Shown here piece by piece: positions 51,666 to 63,034 of a DNA stretch of 64,000 nucleotides. Origin of the DNA: Nitrosopumilus sp. (GTDB lineage Archaea > Thermoproteota > Nitrososphaeria > Nitrososphaerales > Nitrosopumilaceae); assembly GCA_965219345.1 (NCBI GenBank), contig OZ244732.1:448001-512000 (forward strand). Reading direction: 5' to 3'. Position numbers and translations under genes: made by a program. The notes under the pieces were generated by a model, which was not told where the DNA came from, did not search any database, and was given only the letters and a program-made list of their open reading frames with translations. Every line of letters starts with the position of its first letter. Position 1 is the first letter of the stretch.

Positions 51666-52604
51666 CTAATTATTGGATGTATTTTCTCTCACCATTTTCA
51701 AGAATATCTCTTCAAGATTTGTTGGAACAGCTGATAGATCTTCAATCTCTATAGAGCTATCATTAAGTATTTTCAATACTTGTAACAATATTAATTCTGA
51801 TTGCTCCGAATGAATAACTAAGTTAGTTCCAGTATCAAAATCAATTTTACAGTCTGGAATTCCAGATAACAATGAAGAGATTTCAGGTTTTTTTTCTAAA
51901 AGATGAATTTTGATAGTTTTTTCTTTTCCAAATCTAGATTTTAATGCATCAGGAGAATCAACAGTAATTATTTTTCCTTTATCAATAATTGCTACTTGAT
52001 CACAAAGATATTCTGCTTCAGTTAGAATATGTGTTGTGTAGAAAATTGTTAATCCAGCTTTTACTTTATTTTTTAGATAATCCAATAGTTTTCTTCTAGC
52101 ATTTGGATCCAATCCTGCTGTTGGTTCATCTAAAAATAAGAGATCCATATTATGCATAAACTCACGTGCAACTTGGACTCTTCTTCGTTGACCAATTGAA
52201 AGATCTTCATTTCTTTTTTTACGAATTTGAACTAGATCAAAATCTTTCAAAAGTTGTTCCATTCTTTTTTTGCGTTCTGCTCTTGGAACATTCCACATCA
52301 TTCCATATTTATCCAAGGATTTTTCCACAGATAAGGTAGGCTCATAGCTTGGTTGTTGTAAAACAACTCCTATTTTATGACGAACTAAAAGAGGATTTTT
52401 GATAGCATTGATACCCAAAATTGAAAGAGAGCCGCTTGAGGGAGGAATAAGAGTAGTAAGAAGTTTGATAGTAGTTGATTTTCCGGCACCATTTGGGCCT
52501 AAAAATCCAAAAACTTGGCCTGATTTAACCGATAATGCAAGATCGTCTACAGCTTTCATTGAACCATATGATTTTGACAAATGATTAACACTAATGCATG
52601 ACAT
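51666..52604 (-). CDS. ABC transporter ATP-binding protein (DrrA-like)
   Basis: GPNGAGKST, LSIGQ, LFLDEPT, TTH. Confidence 0.95.
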   Translation of the reverse strand: MSCISVNHLSKSYGSMKAVDDLALSVKSGQVFGFLGPNGAGKSTTIKLLTTLIPPSSGSLSILGINAIKNPLLVRHKIGVVLQQPSYEPTLSVEKSLDKYGMMWNVPRAERKKRMEQLLKDFDLVQIRKKRNEDLSIGQRRRVQVAREFMHNMDLLFLDEPTAGLDPNARRKLLDYLKNKVKAGLTIFYTTHILTEAEYLCDQVAIIDKGKIITVDSPDALKSRFGKEKTIKIHLLEKKPEISSLLSGIPDCKIDFDTGTNLVIHSEQSELILLQVLKILNDSSIEIEDLSAVPTNLEEIFLKMVRENTSNN

Positions 52605-52752
52605 AACACAACTGCGATCATCCCACTAATTTAGTTAATGAGTTAATTTAAGATGGTTTTAGGAAGTTCTGATACAGCGATCATTTTTTGGAAGAGTAAT
52701 TTTAACAAACTAATGAAATTTTTATTAATAGAACAAGTTTATCAACAATGAT

Positions 52753-54150
52753 TTGTCGGAATTTGAAAATCTCATCAATAAGTTACTTGAACAAAAACCT
52801 GAATTAAATAAAGAAGGTATTGAAGAACAGATCAAGCAAAAGAAAGAAAAAATTGGTGCAGGATACTTGACGGATCAAGGAGCATTATTTCTGATCGCAT
52901 CTGATTATGGCATTACTTTATCAGAACCACTAAAAGTTGAAATGGAATTGAAGGATCTATATTCAGGAGCAAAAGAAATTTCTTTAGAAACAAGAGTTTT
53001 GAATCTTTCACCAGCAAAACAATTTTCAAGAAAAGATGGTTCTCCATTTTATCTTAGAACTATGACAGTATACGATGCAAACACTACAGCAAGTGTAAAG
53101 TTATGGGATGAAAAAGCAAATTTGCCTGGAATTGAAAATTTGAAACCAGGGGATTTAATTAAAATTATCAAAGCATATGTTAAATCTGATCTTGATGGTT
53201 CGCCAACAATAAACATTGGATCTGGTTCAAATATTGAAACTGCAGATACAGAAAGTGAGATTCCAACTATTGATTTCATTACAAAAGATATTAGCGAACT
53301 AGAAGAAGGTCAAAAAGATCTTGTAATTTCTGGAATAACTGATGGGGTAATCAGCGGAATGGAATTTACAAATTCTCGTGGAAAACCTGGAACAGCTCTA
53401 AGAATGAGGCTAAAAGGAAAAGATGGTAATGCAATGAGGGTTGTTCTATGGGGAAAAGATGAATCATCTATTCCAAATATGATTTCTCAATCAGCTAAAG
53501 TAAGACTACTTGGAGTTAAAGTAAGATCAGGTAATCAAGGATTAGAGATTCATGGTAATGATGCAACCATAATTGAGATTGAAGGGGGAAAAGAAATAGA
53601 ACCAATAATTGCAAGAGTTCTTACAATATCAGAAATAGATAATGGTAAAAAAATGGTTTTAGCTGTTGATAATAAGAAGAACATGTACAACATCAGTGAT
53701 TTTGCAAACTCTACTAGTGTTTGTGTAGAAGGAGATGTAATAGAATGCATGCCATCAAAAGTATATGGTAATTCAATTACACTTGATGAAAGTTCTTTTG
53801 TAAGAAAATTAGATAATGATGAATCTATTCCATCATTATCTCAACTTAGAACAAAAATTAATGATGTTAAAGTGGATGGAAATTATTGTATTGAATCCAT
53901 AATATTGAAAGTTCCTGAAAGACGTGAAGTTCAAACCAAATCTGGAGAATCAATAGCATTATCAGAAATGTTTGTTGAAGACGATACAGGTCAGATTTGG
54001 GTGAAGGGTTGGAGAAATCAAGCAAGGATAATTGACAAATGTGAGTTAGGGGAAATAGTATCAATCACAGGACTAAATGCTAGAGCAGGGCTTGAAGGCA
54101 GAATAGAGCTATTTCTAACAGCGTTTTCTAAGATTACAAAGAAAAATTAA
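52753..54150 (+). CDS. rpa: Replication protein A / multi-OB-fold single-stranded DNA-binding protein
   Basis: Several OB folds (FSRKDG..D..VKLWD; EDDTGQI.VKGW). Confidence 0.85.
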   Translation: MSEFENLINKLLEQKPELNKEGIEEQIKQKKEKIGAGYLTDQGALFLIASDYGITLSEPLKVEMELKDLYSGAKEISLETRVLNLSPAKQFSRKDGSPFYLRTMTVYDANTTASVKLWDEKANLPGIENLKPGDLIKIIKAYVKSDLDGSPTINIGSGSNIETADTESEIPTIDFITKDISELEEGQKDLVISGITDGVISGMEFTNSRGKPGTALRMRLKGKDGNAMRVVLWGKDESSIPNMISQSAKVRLLGVKVRSGNQGLEIHGNDATIIEIEGGKEIEPIIARVLTISEIDNGKKMVLAVDNKKNMYNISDFANSTSVCVEGDVIECMPSKVYGNSITLDESSFVRKLDNDESIPSLSQLRTKINDVKVDGNYCIESIILKVPERREVQTKSGESIALSEMFVEDDTGQIWVKGWRNQARIIDKCELGEIVSITGLNARAGLEGRIELFLTAFSKITKKN

Positions 54151-56882
54151 GAATCCCAAAAACCTCTTGTTACAACATATTGCCTTTCAGCTTCATAGAT
54201 TTGCTTGAATAGATATTCTTCATCTACCATATTTCTCAATATTCTTGCAGCAGTATCTGCTCCTACTCCGTAACCAGACAATACAGTAATGGCAGTTTTG
54301 CCAAAATTTTCTATTAAAGAGGAAACTTTCCACGCACGCTTAAACTTGTGTTTTTCATCTGAAGATAATTTTTTTCCTGTGTGTTTTTTTTGAATGATTT
54401 TTTTCAAATCATAATCAGAATAGAAAGTTGCAGTGATTTGTCTGGCCTTACAATATGGACATATCAAGGTACTTTTAACTTCATTAGTTTCTACTACGCG
54501 TTCCCACTTTCCACATCTTGCGCAAATTAAACGATGTTTAGTCTTTGCAAGTCTTGTTTTAACAAGATCAATGATTCCTTTATCAAGATTTGCTGGAGCT
54601 GCATAGTATTTTGCGGTATGATCCAAAATTGGTTCTGCTAATTTTGAGAATTTGTCTACTTCTAACCATTTAACAGAAATTTCATTTTTACATATTTTAT
54701 CAAGTATTGTTTCAGAATTTTTTAGATCATATTTATCATGAAATAATTCTCTTAGCGCTTCATGTACAAGTGAAGTTTTTGAATAACGCTCGTATAAAAA
54801 TCTGGCAGATTTTCTCTCATAAATTGCTCCACGTCCTACTATTCCAAATTTTTTTGCAACACACCATGTTCGCCAGTTAACATTATGAGTTCCGGTTAAA
54901 GAAGCAGTAACCATTGAATAAAGATCATAATCGTCATTTAGAACTTCAAGGAAAAGTTTTTCAGAAATTCTTGATCTAGAAGATAAAACAATTCGATAAC
55001 CATCAGAGCGGGAATCAACAATAGACCCCAATAGAGAAGACAGCATGGAAGAAAATAATGTTGATAGTGTAGAATTAATTTTTGTCCCAAAACATGAATG
55101 GATTACAATTGAACCTTGTGATTTACTTGATTCAACAACAATATGATTTTCATCAGGAATTTGATCAAAATTTAATTTTTCAATTGTTTTATTGGTTAGT
55201 TTTAGTAAGCCATTTTTTACTCTGGCACGAAAAATTCCTACCTTTCTTGCAGTATTATAATCAATTGGGATATTTTCACCTTCCCAATAAGGAACAGTAA
55301 TTCCTCCGCCTCTAAAAGGTTCAACATTTACAGTAAATGATTTTTCATCAACGTTTAGTATTCTCCATTGTGAGCCTTTTAGTACAAAGATATTTCCAGA
55401 ATCTCCAAAATCACCTACAAATCTTTGATCTAATGATCCAATAATTTTTTTCCCTACACTATCAAATACTTTGAATTTGAGAATATCTGGTATCGTCGAA
55501 AGGTTCTCAAAATAATACTTGAAAGCACGACCTTTCTTCCAAAAAGTCATTTTTGCTCTATCAAAAAAAATCAGATAGTTTGAATCAAGCAGATCCAATA
55601 CGTCAATAAGATCTTCTAGCTGTAAATTGCGAAATGGATATGCTTTTGTTACAAGTTCAAATGTTTTCTCGACTGAAATTTCTCCAATCTGCATTGATAA
55701 TCCAACTAAATGATGAGCTAAAACATCAAGAGAACTATCATGGATTTTTTGCTCTTCAATTGAACCTTCTTGAACACGTTCAAGGATAGCTCTCGCTTCA
55801 AATTCATCATCTGAATTATTTGTTATAATAAGTCCCTTAGCTGATTTATCTAAATTATGTCTACTTCTTCCTATTCTTTGAATTAATTTTGATACTTGCC
55901 TGGGAGAACCATAATGAATTACCAATTCAACTGAACTAATATCTAATCCTAATTCTAGTGAAGATGTACAGACGACAATCCCATGTTTTCCTTCTCGTAA
56001 GGTAAGCTCAGTTTCTTCTCTAACCTCTTTGGATAAAGAACCATGATGTAGTTCAACTTCTATAGGGGACTTTTCTTTCAAAATGGTAGCTAAAAATTCT
56101 GCTTCACCTCTAGTATTAGTAAATAGGAGTATTGGGGAATCTAAGTCAAGTTCTGAGACATATTCAATAATTTTCTCTGCAACGTCAGAAATTGTTCCAT
56201 CAACATACTTTACTTCTACATCATACTTTCTTAGTGATTTATCTCTAATAATCTGACATTTTCTTTTAGTGCCTACAACAAATTTGCCTGCTTCTTCAAA
56301 ATTTCCAACGGTAGCGGATAATCCTATTTTTGTGAGAGGATATTTTGAATTTAATTCTAATCTTTCAATACTTAAGGATAGTTGAGAACCTCTTTCACTA
56401 GATAGTATCTCATGAACTTCATCAATTACAATCCATTCTAAATCAGATAATGCATTTAGCATTTTAATTTGTGTTAATAGTATAACTAGAGTTTCAGGTG
56501 TTGTAATTAGAATGTCTGGAGGATTATCTCGGATTTTTCTTCTGTCTTTTTGAGAAGTATCTCCATGTCTGATTTCAATAGATAATTCATTACCATATGC
56601 ATATTTTGTAATTCTACGAAATACATCACGGTTTAATGCCCGTAAAGGAGTGATGTAGAGAACCTTGATTTTTCCATTCTTTTTTGAATTTTTTAATAGA
56701 GAGAAAATTGGAATTACAGAACATTCGGTTTTTCCTGAACCTGTAGGAGCAATTACGAGACAATCTTTTTTTTGCAAAATAACTGGTGAAGCATTTTTCT
56801 GAATTTCAGTTAGTTTGGAAAATCCGAATTTCTCAAATATGGAATCAAGAATTTGATTCATCTGTTGACTTTGATCTTTCAT
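54147..56882 (-). CDS. lhr: Lhr-family DEAD/DEAH helicase with C-terminal Zn ribbon
   Basis: APTGSGKT, TPLRALNRD, DEVH, SAT, HHGSL, QRIGRS. Confidence 0.9.
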   Translation of the reverse strand: MKDQSQQMNQILDSIFEKFGFSKLTEIQKNASPVILQKKDCLVIAPTGSGKTECSVIPIFSLLKNSKKNGKIKVLYITPLRALNRDVFRRITKYAYGNELSIEIRHGDTSQKDRRKIRDNPPDILITTPETLVILLTQIKMLNALSDLEWIVIDEVHEILSSERGSQLSLSIERLELNSKYPLTKIGLSATVGNFEEAGKFVVGTKRKCQIIRDKSLRKYDVEVKYVDGTISDVAEKIIEYVSELDLDSPILLFTNTRGEAEFLATILKEKSPIEVELHHGSLSKEVREETELTLREGKHGIVVCTSSLELGLDISSVELVIHYGSPRQVSKLIQRIGRSRHNLDKSAKGLIITNNSDDEFEARAILERVQEGSIEEQKIHDSSLDVLAHHLVGLSMQIGEISVEKTFELVTKAYPFRNLQLEDLIDVLDLLDSNYLIFFDRAKMTFWKKGRAFKYYFENLSTIPDILKFKVFDSVGKKIIGSLDQRFVGDFGDSGNIFVLKGSQWRILNVDEKSFTVNVEPFRGGGITVPYWEGENIPIDYNTARKVGIFRARVKNGLLKLTNKTIEKLNFDQIPDENHIVVESSKSQGSIVIHSCFGTKINSTLSTLFSSMLSSLLGSIVDSRSDGYRIVLSSRSRISEKLFLEVLNDDYDLYSMVTASLTGTHNVNWRTWCVAKKFGIVGRGAIYERKSARFLYERYSKTSLVHEALRELFHDKYDLKNSETILDKICKNEISVKWLEVDKFSKLAEPILDHTAKYYAAPANLDKGIIDLVKTRLAKTKHRLICARCGKWERVVETNEVKSTLICPYCKARQITATFYSDYDLKKIIQKKHTGKKLSSDEKHKFKRAWKVSSLIENFGKTAITVLSGYGVGADTAARILRNMVDEEYLFKQIYEAERQYVVTRGFWDS

Positions 56883-56958
56883 AAACCATTACACCAACTA
56901 AACCAAGTGCAAGCAAAACTACAGTAATTATTGGAATAGAGTCAAAAATTCCTGCCAT
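56845..56958 (-). CDS. 37-aa single-TM peptide (below ORF-track cutoff)
   Basis: MAGIFDSIPIITVVLLALGLVGVMVYERSKSTDESNS*, between the RadB-like gene and the helicase. Confidence 0.5.
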   Translation of the reverse strand: MAGIFDSIPIITVVLLALGLVGVMVYERSKSTDESNS

Positions 56959-56980
56959 TAGTAATCTTCATAGTTGACCA

Positions 56981-57640
56981 TTAAATATCTTCAGTATAAT
57001 TACACAATCCTGAAACATGTATTTTGTAAAAAAAGTATTCTTTATTTAGTGCCCAGTAAATTTTTCCTCTAAAATTTGTTGAGTTTTTAGAAAGTTGAAT
57101 TTTGATATGAGTAAAAGGATCAATAGCGCTCCTCATATTTTCAACTTCTTTATCTTCTATGTTTCTAATCATGTTAGTAACAATAATAGGAATTTTTTTT
57201 GTAATTGCAAATTTTGATAACTCATACATGTATTTTATAAATAATGAATTTTTTTCAAAAATAGATTTATCTCCTTTATACTCATAAGAAAATAAATCAG
57301 TTACATTATCAATTACAATTAAAGAAAAATCATTGCTTTCAAAATTTTTTATGGATTTTATTTGTTCTAAAGTGTTTGTTATTCTGGAAACTGTAATTTG
57401 TTCAAGAAAATTAATCTGTTCTTCAGATTGTTTTTGAATTTCCAATATTCGTTCAGGTCTAAATCCGCCTGTTGTATCTAAGTACAGAACATGGCCACCA
57501 TTTTTGATTGAATTTATTGATAATTGTAGTAATAGCTGAGTTTTGCCTGTTCCATTTCCACCAAAAATATCTACAATCACACCGTTAGGAATTCCTCCTG
57601 ACAAGAAATCGTCCAATTTTTGTAAACCAGTAGAGATCAT
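56981..57640 (-). CDS. RadA paralogue (RadB-like RecA-family ATPase)
   Basis: ISTG...LD..L.GGI, GGNGTGKT, LDT.GGFRPERI; lacks the RadA N-terminal domain. Confidence 0.85.
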   Translation of the reverse strand: MISTGLQKLDDFLSGGIPNGVIVDIFGGNGTGKTQLLLQLSINSIKNGGHVLYLDTTGGFRPERILEIQKQSEEQINFLEQITVSRITNTLEQIKSIKNFESNDFSLIVIDNVTDLFSYEYKGDKSIFEKNSLFIKYMYELSKFAITKKIPIIVTNMIRNIEDKEVENMRSAIDPFTHIKIQLSKNSTNFRGKIYWALNKEYFFYKIHVSGLCNYTEDI

Positions 57641-57748
57641 TTGTATAATTATTAGAAAAAGAAGAAAAAATTTAAAGAATTTGAATTTTTACAAAGGAGG
57701 TAAGGCTTTTATTCCAGAGAACAAGGTTGCAAAATAAGTGAATAATTA

Positions 57749-57994
57749 GTGTCACAAACAACTAGTGCAAAAAGACCTTTAACAGTTCTTCAAAAAAGTA
57801 CCAAAAAGAAAGTTACTATAAGACTGAAAAATGAAGTTGAGTACAAAGGAAAAATGGATAATGTCGATTCATACATGAATTTGATTATGACTGATGCTGA
57901 AGAAGTACATGATGGTAAAACAGTTGCAAATTATGGAAGAGTTATTGTAAGAGGCAATAATGTGTTATTTATCAAACTAGAAAACGAACTCTAG
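57749..57994 (+). CDS. Sm-like archaeal protein (Lsm/SmAP)
   Basis: D.YMNL...AEE, IVRGNNV. Confidence 0.93.
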   Translation: MSQTTSAKRPLTVLQKSTKKKVTIRLKNEVEYKGKMDNVDSYMNLIMTDAEEVHDGKTVANYGRVIVRGNNVLFIKLENEL

Positions 57995-58005
57995 TTAGTG
58001 ATTTT

Positions 58006-59172
58006 ATGACCAATAATTTTCTATTTACATCAGAGTCAGTAACAGAAGGGCATCCAGACAAAGTATGTGATAACATTTCTGATTCATTCTTGGATGAATA
58101 TCTCAAACAAGACCCAGATTCAAGAGTAGCAGTAGAAACAATGGTTACTACAGATTTTGTAGCAGTGTCTGGGGAGGTTACATCTAAAGCAGATTTTGAT
58201 CAAAAAGCTCAGGAAGAATTAGTTAGAAAAACAATTAGGGAAATTGGATATGATAACAAAGACTTAATGTTTGATGCAGATACTTGTCAAGTTAATTTAA
58301 GATTACATTCACAAAGTCCGGATATCAGTCAAGGCATAACAGCTACTGAAGAGAAAGAACAAGGTGCTGGTGATCAAGGATTAATGTTCGGTTATGCAAC
58401 AAATGAAACTGAAGAATTAATGCCTATGCCAATTTTACTTGCACACAAACTTATTCAAAAATTATCAGAAGTCAGGAAAAACAAAACTTTACCATGGGTT
58501 AGACCAGATGGTAAATCACAAGTATCTGTAAGATATGAAGATGATAAACCAACAAAGATTGAAACAGTTGTAATTGCAACACAACATGCACCAGAGATTT
58601 CTCAAGAGGAGATTTCAAGAGAAATTATTGATAAAGTAATCAAACCAGTTTTAGGAAATCTTTGGAATGATGAAATTAAAATTCACATAAATCCTACGGG
58701 AAAATTTGTAATTGGTGGTCCACATGGTGATGCCGGTTTAACAGGAAGAAAAATTATTGTTGATACTTATGGTGGATTTGGAAGACATGGAGGTGGAGCT
58801 TTCTCAGGTAAGGATCCTTCTAAAGTTGATAGATCTGCATGCTATATGTGCAGATATATTGCAAAAAATCTTGTTGCAGCAGGCTTTGCTGACAGGTGTG
58901 AAGTGCAACTTGCATATGCAATAGGAGTAGCTGAACCAGTATCACTTTATGTGAATGCATTTGGAACAAACAAAATTCCAGAAAATCAGATTATAGATCT
59001 GGTTAGAAAGAATTTTGATATGAAGCCATTAGAAATAATCTCACAGTTAGATTTGAAGAGGCCAATTTATAAAAAAACTGCATCATATGGTCATTTTGGA
59101 AGAAATGAGCCGGAATTTACTTGGGAAAAAACAGACAAAGCTGAAATATTAAAGCAATCTGCCGGACTTTAG
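58006..59172 (+). CDS. metK: Methionine adenosyltransferase (bacterial/eukaryotic type)
   Basis: [35 protein letters not shown]. Confidence 0.97.
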   Translation: MTNNFLFTSESVTEGHPDKVCDNISDSFLDEYLKQDPDSRVAVETMVTTDFVAVSGEVTSKADFDQKAQEELVRKTIREIGYDNKDLMFDADTCQVNLRLHSQSPDISQGITATEEKEQGAGDQGLMFGYATNETEELMPMPILLAHKLIQKLSEVRKNKTLPWVRPDGKSQVSVRYEDDKPTKIETVVIATQHAPEISQEEISREIIDKVIKPVLGNLWNDEIKIHINPTGKFVIGGPHGDAGLTGRKIIVDTYGGFGRHGGGAFSGKDPSKVDRSACYMCRYIAKNLVAAGFADRCEVQLAYAIGVAEPVSLYVNAFGTNKIPENQIIDLVRKNFDMKPLEIISQLDLKRPIYKKTASYGHFGRNEPEFTWEKTDKAEILKQSAGL

Positions 59173-60018
59173 CAATTCCACAACTGACTGAAATTTCATT
59201 TCAGTAATTTTTCTTAATTTATTATGATTTCCTTTAAAACTACCAATTAGAATATTGAGATCATCAACACCAAAATCAGATTTTGAATTATTAATTGCGG
59301 CACGATAAACATCTTCTAGATTAATTTTTTTTATGCTTGTTTTAGTTCCTTTAGAAAAAAGTTTAACATATTGTTCAAAAGTAATGTAGTCTGGACCAAC
59401 AAGATCAATAATTTTATTTCTAAATTTTGTTTCAATAACTGATTTAAGAAAAACTTTTGCTACATCATTAATGTAAATTGGTTGAATTGAATAAGTTCCA
59501 GATCCTGGAATCTCAATTTTTCCCTTCTTAATTTGTTTTTTCAAGTATTTTGTAAACAGATCATCTTTGCCAATAATATATGAAGGTCTAAAAATTGTAT
59601 AATTTAGCCCAGAATTTACAATTAGTCTCTCTGCTTTATATTTAGAAATAAAATATCCTGATGATGTATTTGATGAGACGCCAAGACCGCTTATAAAAAC
59701 AAATTTGTTGATTTTTGCTTTTTTACTTAAATTTACAATATGTTTTGTAAATTCAATATTTACCATTTTATAATCAGCATTGATTGATTGTTTTCCAATC
59801 CCAACAAGATGAATTAATGCATCTGAGTTTTGAATTTTTGGACTAATACTATTTTCATCATAATTTTTTGAAACAATTTTCAGTTCATTTTTAAATTGTT
59901 TAAAGTCATTTCGTGATATTGAAATTAATTTAATGTTTTTTTCAGATAAATACTTTCTGAGATTTCTTGCAACAAATCCGCTTGCTCCAGTAATTACTAT
60001 CTGACTACCTTGAACCAC
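59149..60018 (-). CDS. NAD(P)-dependent epimerase/dehydratase (atypical SDR)
   Basis: [17 protein letters not shown]. Confidence 0.88.
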   Translation of the reverse strand: MVQGSQIVITGASGFVARNLRKYLSEKNIKLISISRNDFKQFKNELKIVSKNYDENSISPKIQNSDALIHLVGIGKQSINADYKMVNIEFTKHIVNLSKKAKINKFVFISGLGVSSNTSSGYFISKYKAERLIVNSGLNYTIFRPSYIIGKDDLFTKYLKKQIKKGKIEIPGSGTYSIQPIYINDVAKVFLKSVIETKFRNKIIDLVGPDYITFEQYVKLFSKGTKTSIKKINLEDVYRAAINNSKSDFGVDDLNILIGSFKGNHNKLRKITEMKFQSVVELLKSGRLL

Positions 60019-60097
60019 GAGAATTTCAAGTTATTTTTAATTTTAAATCTATTTAGAAGATTTTGAATATTAAGCAAACAAGAATTAATACACTAAA

Positions 60098-61201
60098 ATG
60101 AATACAACAGATGTGGAAGAAGAAAAGACAAGCCTGAGAACAGGTTATACAACTGGAAGCTCAGCAACTGCTGCGGCAAAATCTGCATTTTTATCAATTA
60201 TTAATCAACAAAAAACAGAAAATGTGGATATTCGATTACCTAAAGGAACCTTTATTCAAATTCCAGTACATTCTTGTGAATTTGAATCTAACAAAGCAAA
60301 ATGCTCTGTAATTAAAGATGGGGGAGATGATCCTGATGTCACTCATGGTGCAGAGATCATAGTTGAACTGTCATTTACAGAGAAGGTAAATGAGATTGAC
60401 ATTGATGGTGGAGAAGGAATAGGAATAGTAACTAAGCCTGGTTTAGGTTTGGAGATTAACAAGCCTGCAATTAATCCAGTTCCTAAAAAAATGATTGTTG
60501 AAAACTTGAGAGAAGTTGGAGAAAAAATTCTTGAAAAAAAAGGAATCAGAGTTGTGATTTCAGTTCCAAAAGGAAGAGAACTAGGACCTAAAACAGATAA
60601 TCCAAGATTAGGAATACAGAATGGAATTTCAATTTTGGGAACCAGTGGGATTGTTATTCCATTTTCTACAGCATCCTATGCAGCATCAATTAGACAAAAT
60701 TTGGATGTAGCAATTGCAATGGGAAATGATACTGTAGTACTAACAACAGGTGGAAGAAGTGAAGATTTTGCAAAGAAAATAGTTGATTTGCCGGAACATT
60801 GTTTTGTGCAGATGGGTGATTTTTCAGGATATACAGTTCAACAGTGTGGTAAAAAAAATATCAAAAAAGCATATGTTGTTGGTTTCATTGGGAAACTCGC
60901 AAAGATGGCTGCAGGAGTAAAACAAACTCATGTCAAAGGTTCAAAAGTAGACATGAATTTTCTAGCAGAGTTAGCAAGAAAATCAAATGCGGAAGAAATG
61001 GTAATTGAGAGTATTAAAAAAGCAAATACAGCAAGACATGTGTCTGAAATAATTCAAGAAAATAATGTTAAAGGATTTTTTGAGTTAATTTGTAGTGAGA
61101 CGTATAAGCATATGAGAAAACATAGTGAGGAAAAAGTTCCAATTGATGTAATATTATTTGATTTTGAAGGAAATATTCTGGCTAGAAAATCAGAAGAGTA
61201 A
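60098..61201 (+). CDS. cbiD: Cobalt-precorrin-5B C1-methyltransferase
   Basis: LRTGYTTG, KDGGDDPDVTHG, NPRLGI..GISILGT. Confidence 0.96.
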   Translation: MNTTDVEEEKTSLRTGYTTGSSATAAAKSAFLSIINQQKTENVDIRLPKGTFIQIPVHSCEFESNKAKCSVIKDGGDDPDVTHGAEIIVELSFTEKVNEIDIDGGEGIGIVTKPGLGLEINKPAINPVPKKMIVENLREVGEKILEKKGIRVVISVPKGRELGPKTDNPRLGIQNGISILGTSGIVIPFSTASYAASIRQNLDVAIAMGNDTVVLTTGGRSEDFAKKIVDLPEHCFVQMGDFSGYTVQQCGKKNIKKAYVVGFIGKLAKMAAGVKQTHVKGSKVDMNFLAELARKSNAEEMVIESIKKANTARHVSEIIQENNVKGFFELICSETYKHMRKHSEEKVPIDVILFDFEGNILARKSEE

Positions 61202-61226
61202 GGTATTTTATGAAATTTAGAAAGTT

Positions 61227-62285
61227 TTGATTATGGAAAAAACTGCAGTACTTGCAATAACCAAAAATGGAGTCAATATTGGACAAAATCTAAAAGAATT
61301 GTTTCCTGACATGAGTATTTTTGCGCCTGTTAAATTATCAAATGAGAACAGTGGAATAACATGGTATTCAGAGCCTACATCAGAAAAAATTGTTGAACTT
61401 TTTAAAAATAATGATGCACTAGTATGCCTGTTTTCTTTAGGTGCAGTAATTAGATTAATAGCACCACATTTGAAAGACAAAAAAATAGATCCAGCTGTAA
61501 TTGTAATTGATGATAAAACAAATTTTGTAATTAGTGTATTGTCAGGCCATATTGGTGGGGCCAATAAGTTAACTCAAGAGATTGCAGAAAAATTAGGGGC
61601 TTTACCAGTAATAACTACTGCAGCTGATGTTAACAAAACTATAGCAGTAGATCTAGTAGGAAGAGAATTTAATTGGAAAATTGATGATGAATCTACTGTA
61701 ACTAAAATTAGTGCACATATGATAAATGAAGAACCCATTGGCGTGTTTCAGGAAGTAGGCAAAAAAGATTGGCATAAAGAATTACCAAGAAATGTCTCAA
61801 TTTATGATAGTTTGGAAGACTTGAATAAATCAAGTTCTAAAGCGTATCTCATAATTTCTGATAGAATTATTGATGGGGATTTTGTTAAGGAATCTGTAAT
61901 ATATCGTCCTCCAAGTTTGGTAATTGGTGTTGGGTTACATGGGGATACTTCAAAAGAAACAATCAAAAAAGGAATTGAATATTGTTTGGAAAAATTTAAG
62001 CTTAGTTCAAAATCCATTGCAAAACTAGTATCAATAAAAAAACCAGAAGATGTTCAAGGTCTTATAGACATTGGAAAGGAAATGGGAATTTCTATAGAAT
62101 ATGTAAACAGAGAAAATTTAGCTAAGATTTCTGCTCCAAATCCTTCAGAAACTGTAAAAGCATTTGAGGGAACTGCAAGTGTATCTGAAGCTGCTGCCAT
62201 CAAAGTTTCTGGAGGAGAATTAATTGTAGAAAAGCAAAAATTTCCACCAAATTTGACTATAGCTATTGCGAGGATTGTGAATTGA
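61227..62285 (+). CDS. cbiG: Cobalt-precorrin-5A hydrolase
   Basis: DK..DPAV, LSGHIGGAN, PVITTA, VSEAAA. Confidence 0.95.
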   Translation: MIMEKTAVLAITKNGVNIGQNLKELFPDMSIFAPVKLSNENSGITWYSEPTSEKIVELFKNNDALVCLFSLGAVIRLIAPHLKDKKIDPAVIVIDDKTNFVISVLSGHIGGANKLTQEIAEKLGALPVITTAADVNKTIAVDLVGREFNWKIDDESTVTKISAHMINEEPIGVFQEVGKKDWHKELPRNVSIYDSLEDLNKSSSKAYLIISDRIIDGDFVKESVIYRPPSLVIGVGLHGDTSKETIKKGIEYCLEKFKLSSKSIAKLVSIKKPEDVQGLIDIGKEMGISIEYVNRENLAKISAPNPSETVKAFEGTASVSEAAAIKVSGGELIVEKQKFPPNLTIAIARIVN

Positions 62286-63034
62286 AGCGTGGATTATTGC
62301 TGATTGATAGAGGTAGCAGAGAAAGAGAGGCATCTGAAGAATTAGAGATTATTTGTGAGAGAATTAAGGTAAAAACAGACTATGTATTCACAGATTTTTG
62401 TTTTTTAGAGGTGATACCACCATATATTGAGGCTGGAATTACTAAATGTCTCAAAGAAGATATTGATTCATTAACAATAGTTCCTTACTTTTTGTACCCA
62501 GGTAAAAAAGTAAAAAATGCAGTTACTGATGTAATGAAGTTCCAAAAAGACACTAAAGTGAAATTTGTTGTTACAAAGCAAATGAGTATGCACAAAACTT
62601 TGGTAGATGTAGTTGAAAATAGAATATCTACAACACTAAAAGAAAATCAAGTAACTCTTCCAAAAAAAGATGTGGACGTAATGATTATTGGACATGGTAG
62701 TAAAGATCCTAATGCGCAAATGTCACTTAACTACGTAGTAAATGAACTAAAAGATTCCTACAGAAATGTGAGTCGGTGTTGGTTAGAAATTGAACAACCA
62801 GATATTTTTGAAGGAATAAAAAAATGTGAAAAAGATAATCCTAAAATTCTAATAATTGTTTTTTATTTCTTACATGAAGGAGCACATGTAAAAACTGACA
62901 TTAATAATGATTTAACACCAGCGATTGAAAATTCTAGTCTGAAAAAGACATACATTACAAAACATTTGGGAACAGATGAAAAAATGATAGATTTGATAAT
63001 AGAAAGAGCAAAAGAGGTAGAAAATGCAAACTGA
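62282..63034 (+). CDS. cbiX: Sirohydrochlorin cobaltochelatase (two-domain CbiX)
   Basis: RGSR/HGSK, FLE..P, VPYFL..G, FLHEGAH..DI. Confidence 0.9.
   Translation: MKRGLLLIDRGSREREASEELEIICERIKVKTDYVFTDFCFLEVIPPYIEAGITKCLKEDIDSLTIVPYFLYPGKKVKNAVTDVMKFQKDTKVKFVVTKQMSMHKTLVDVVENRISTTLKENQVTLPKKDVDVMIIGHGSKDPNAQMSLNYVVNELKDSYRNVSRCWLEIEQPDIFEGIKKCEKDNPKILIIVFYFLHEGAHVKTDINNDLTPAIENSSLKKTYITKHLGTDEKMIDLIIERAKEVENAN

Noticed and set aside
58006-59172. Bacterial-type MetK in an archaeon as a recent transfer
   Set aside because: Core-like base composition and context; to my knowledge this is usual for this lineage
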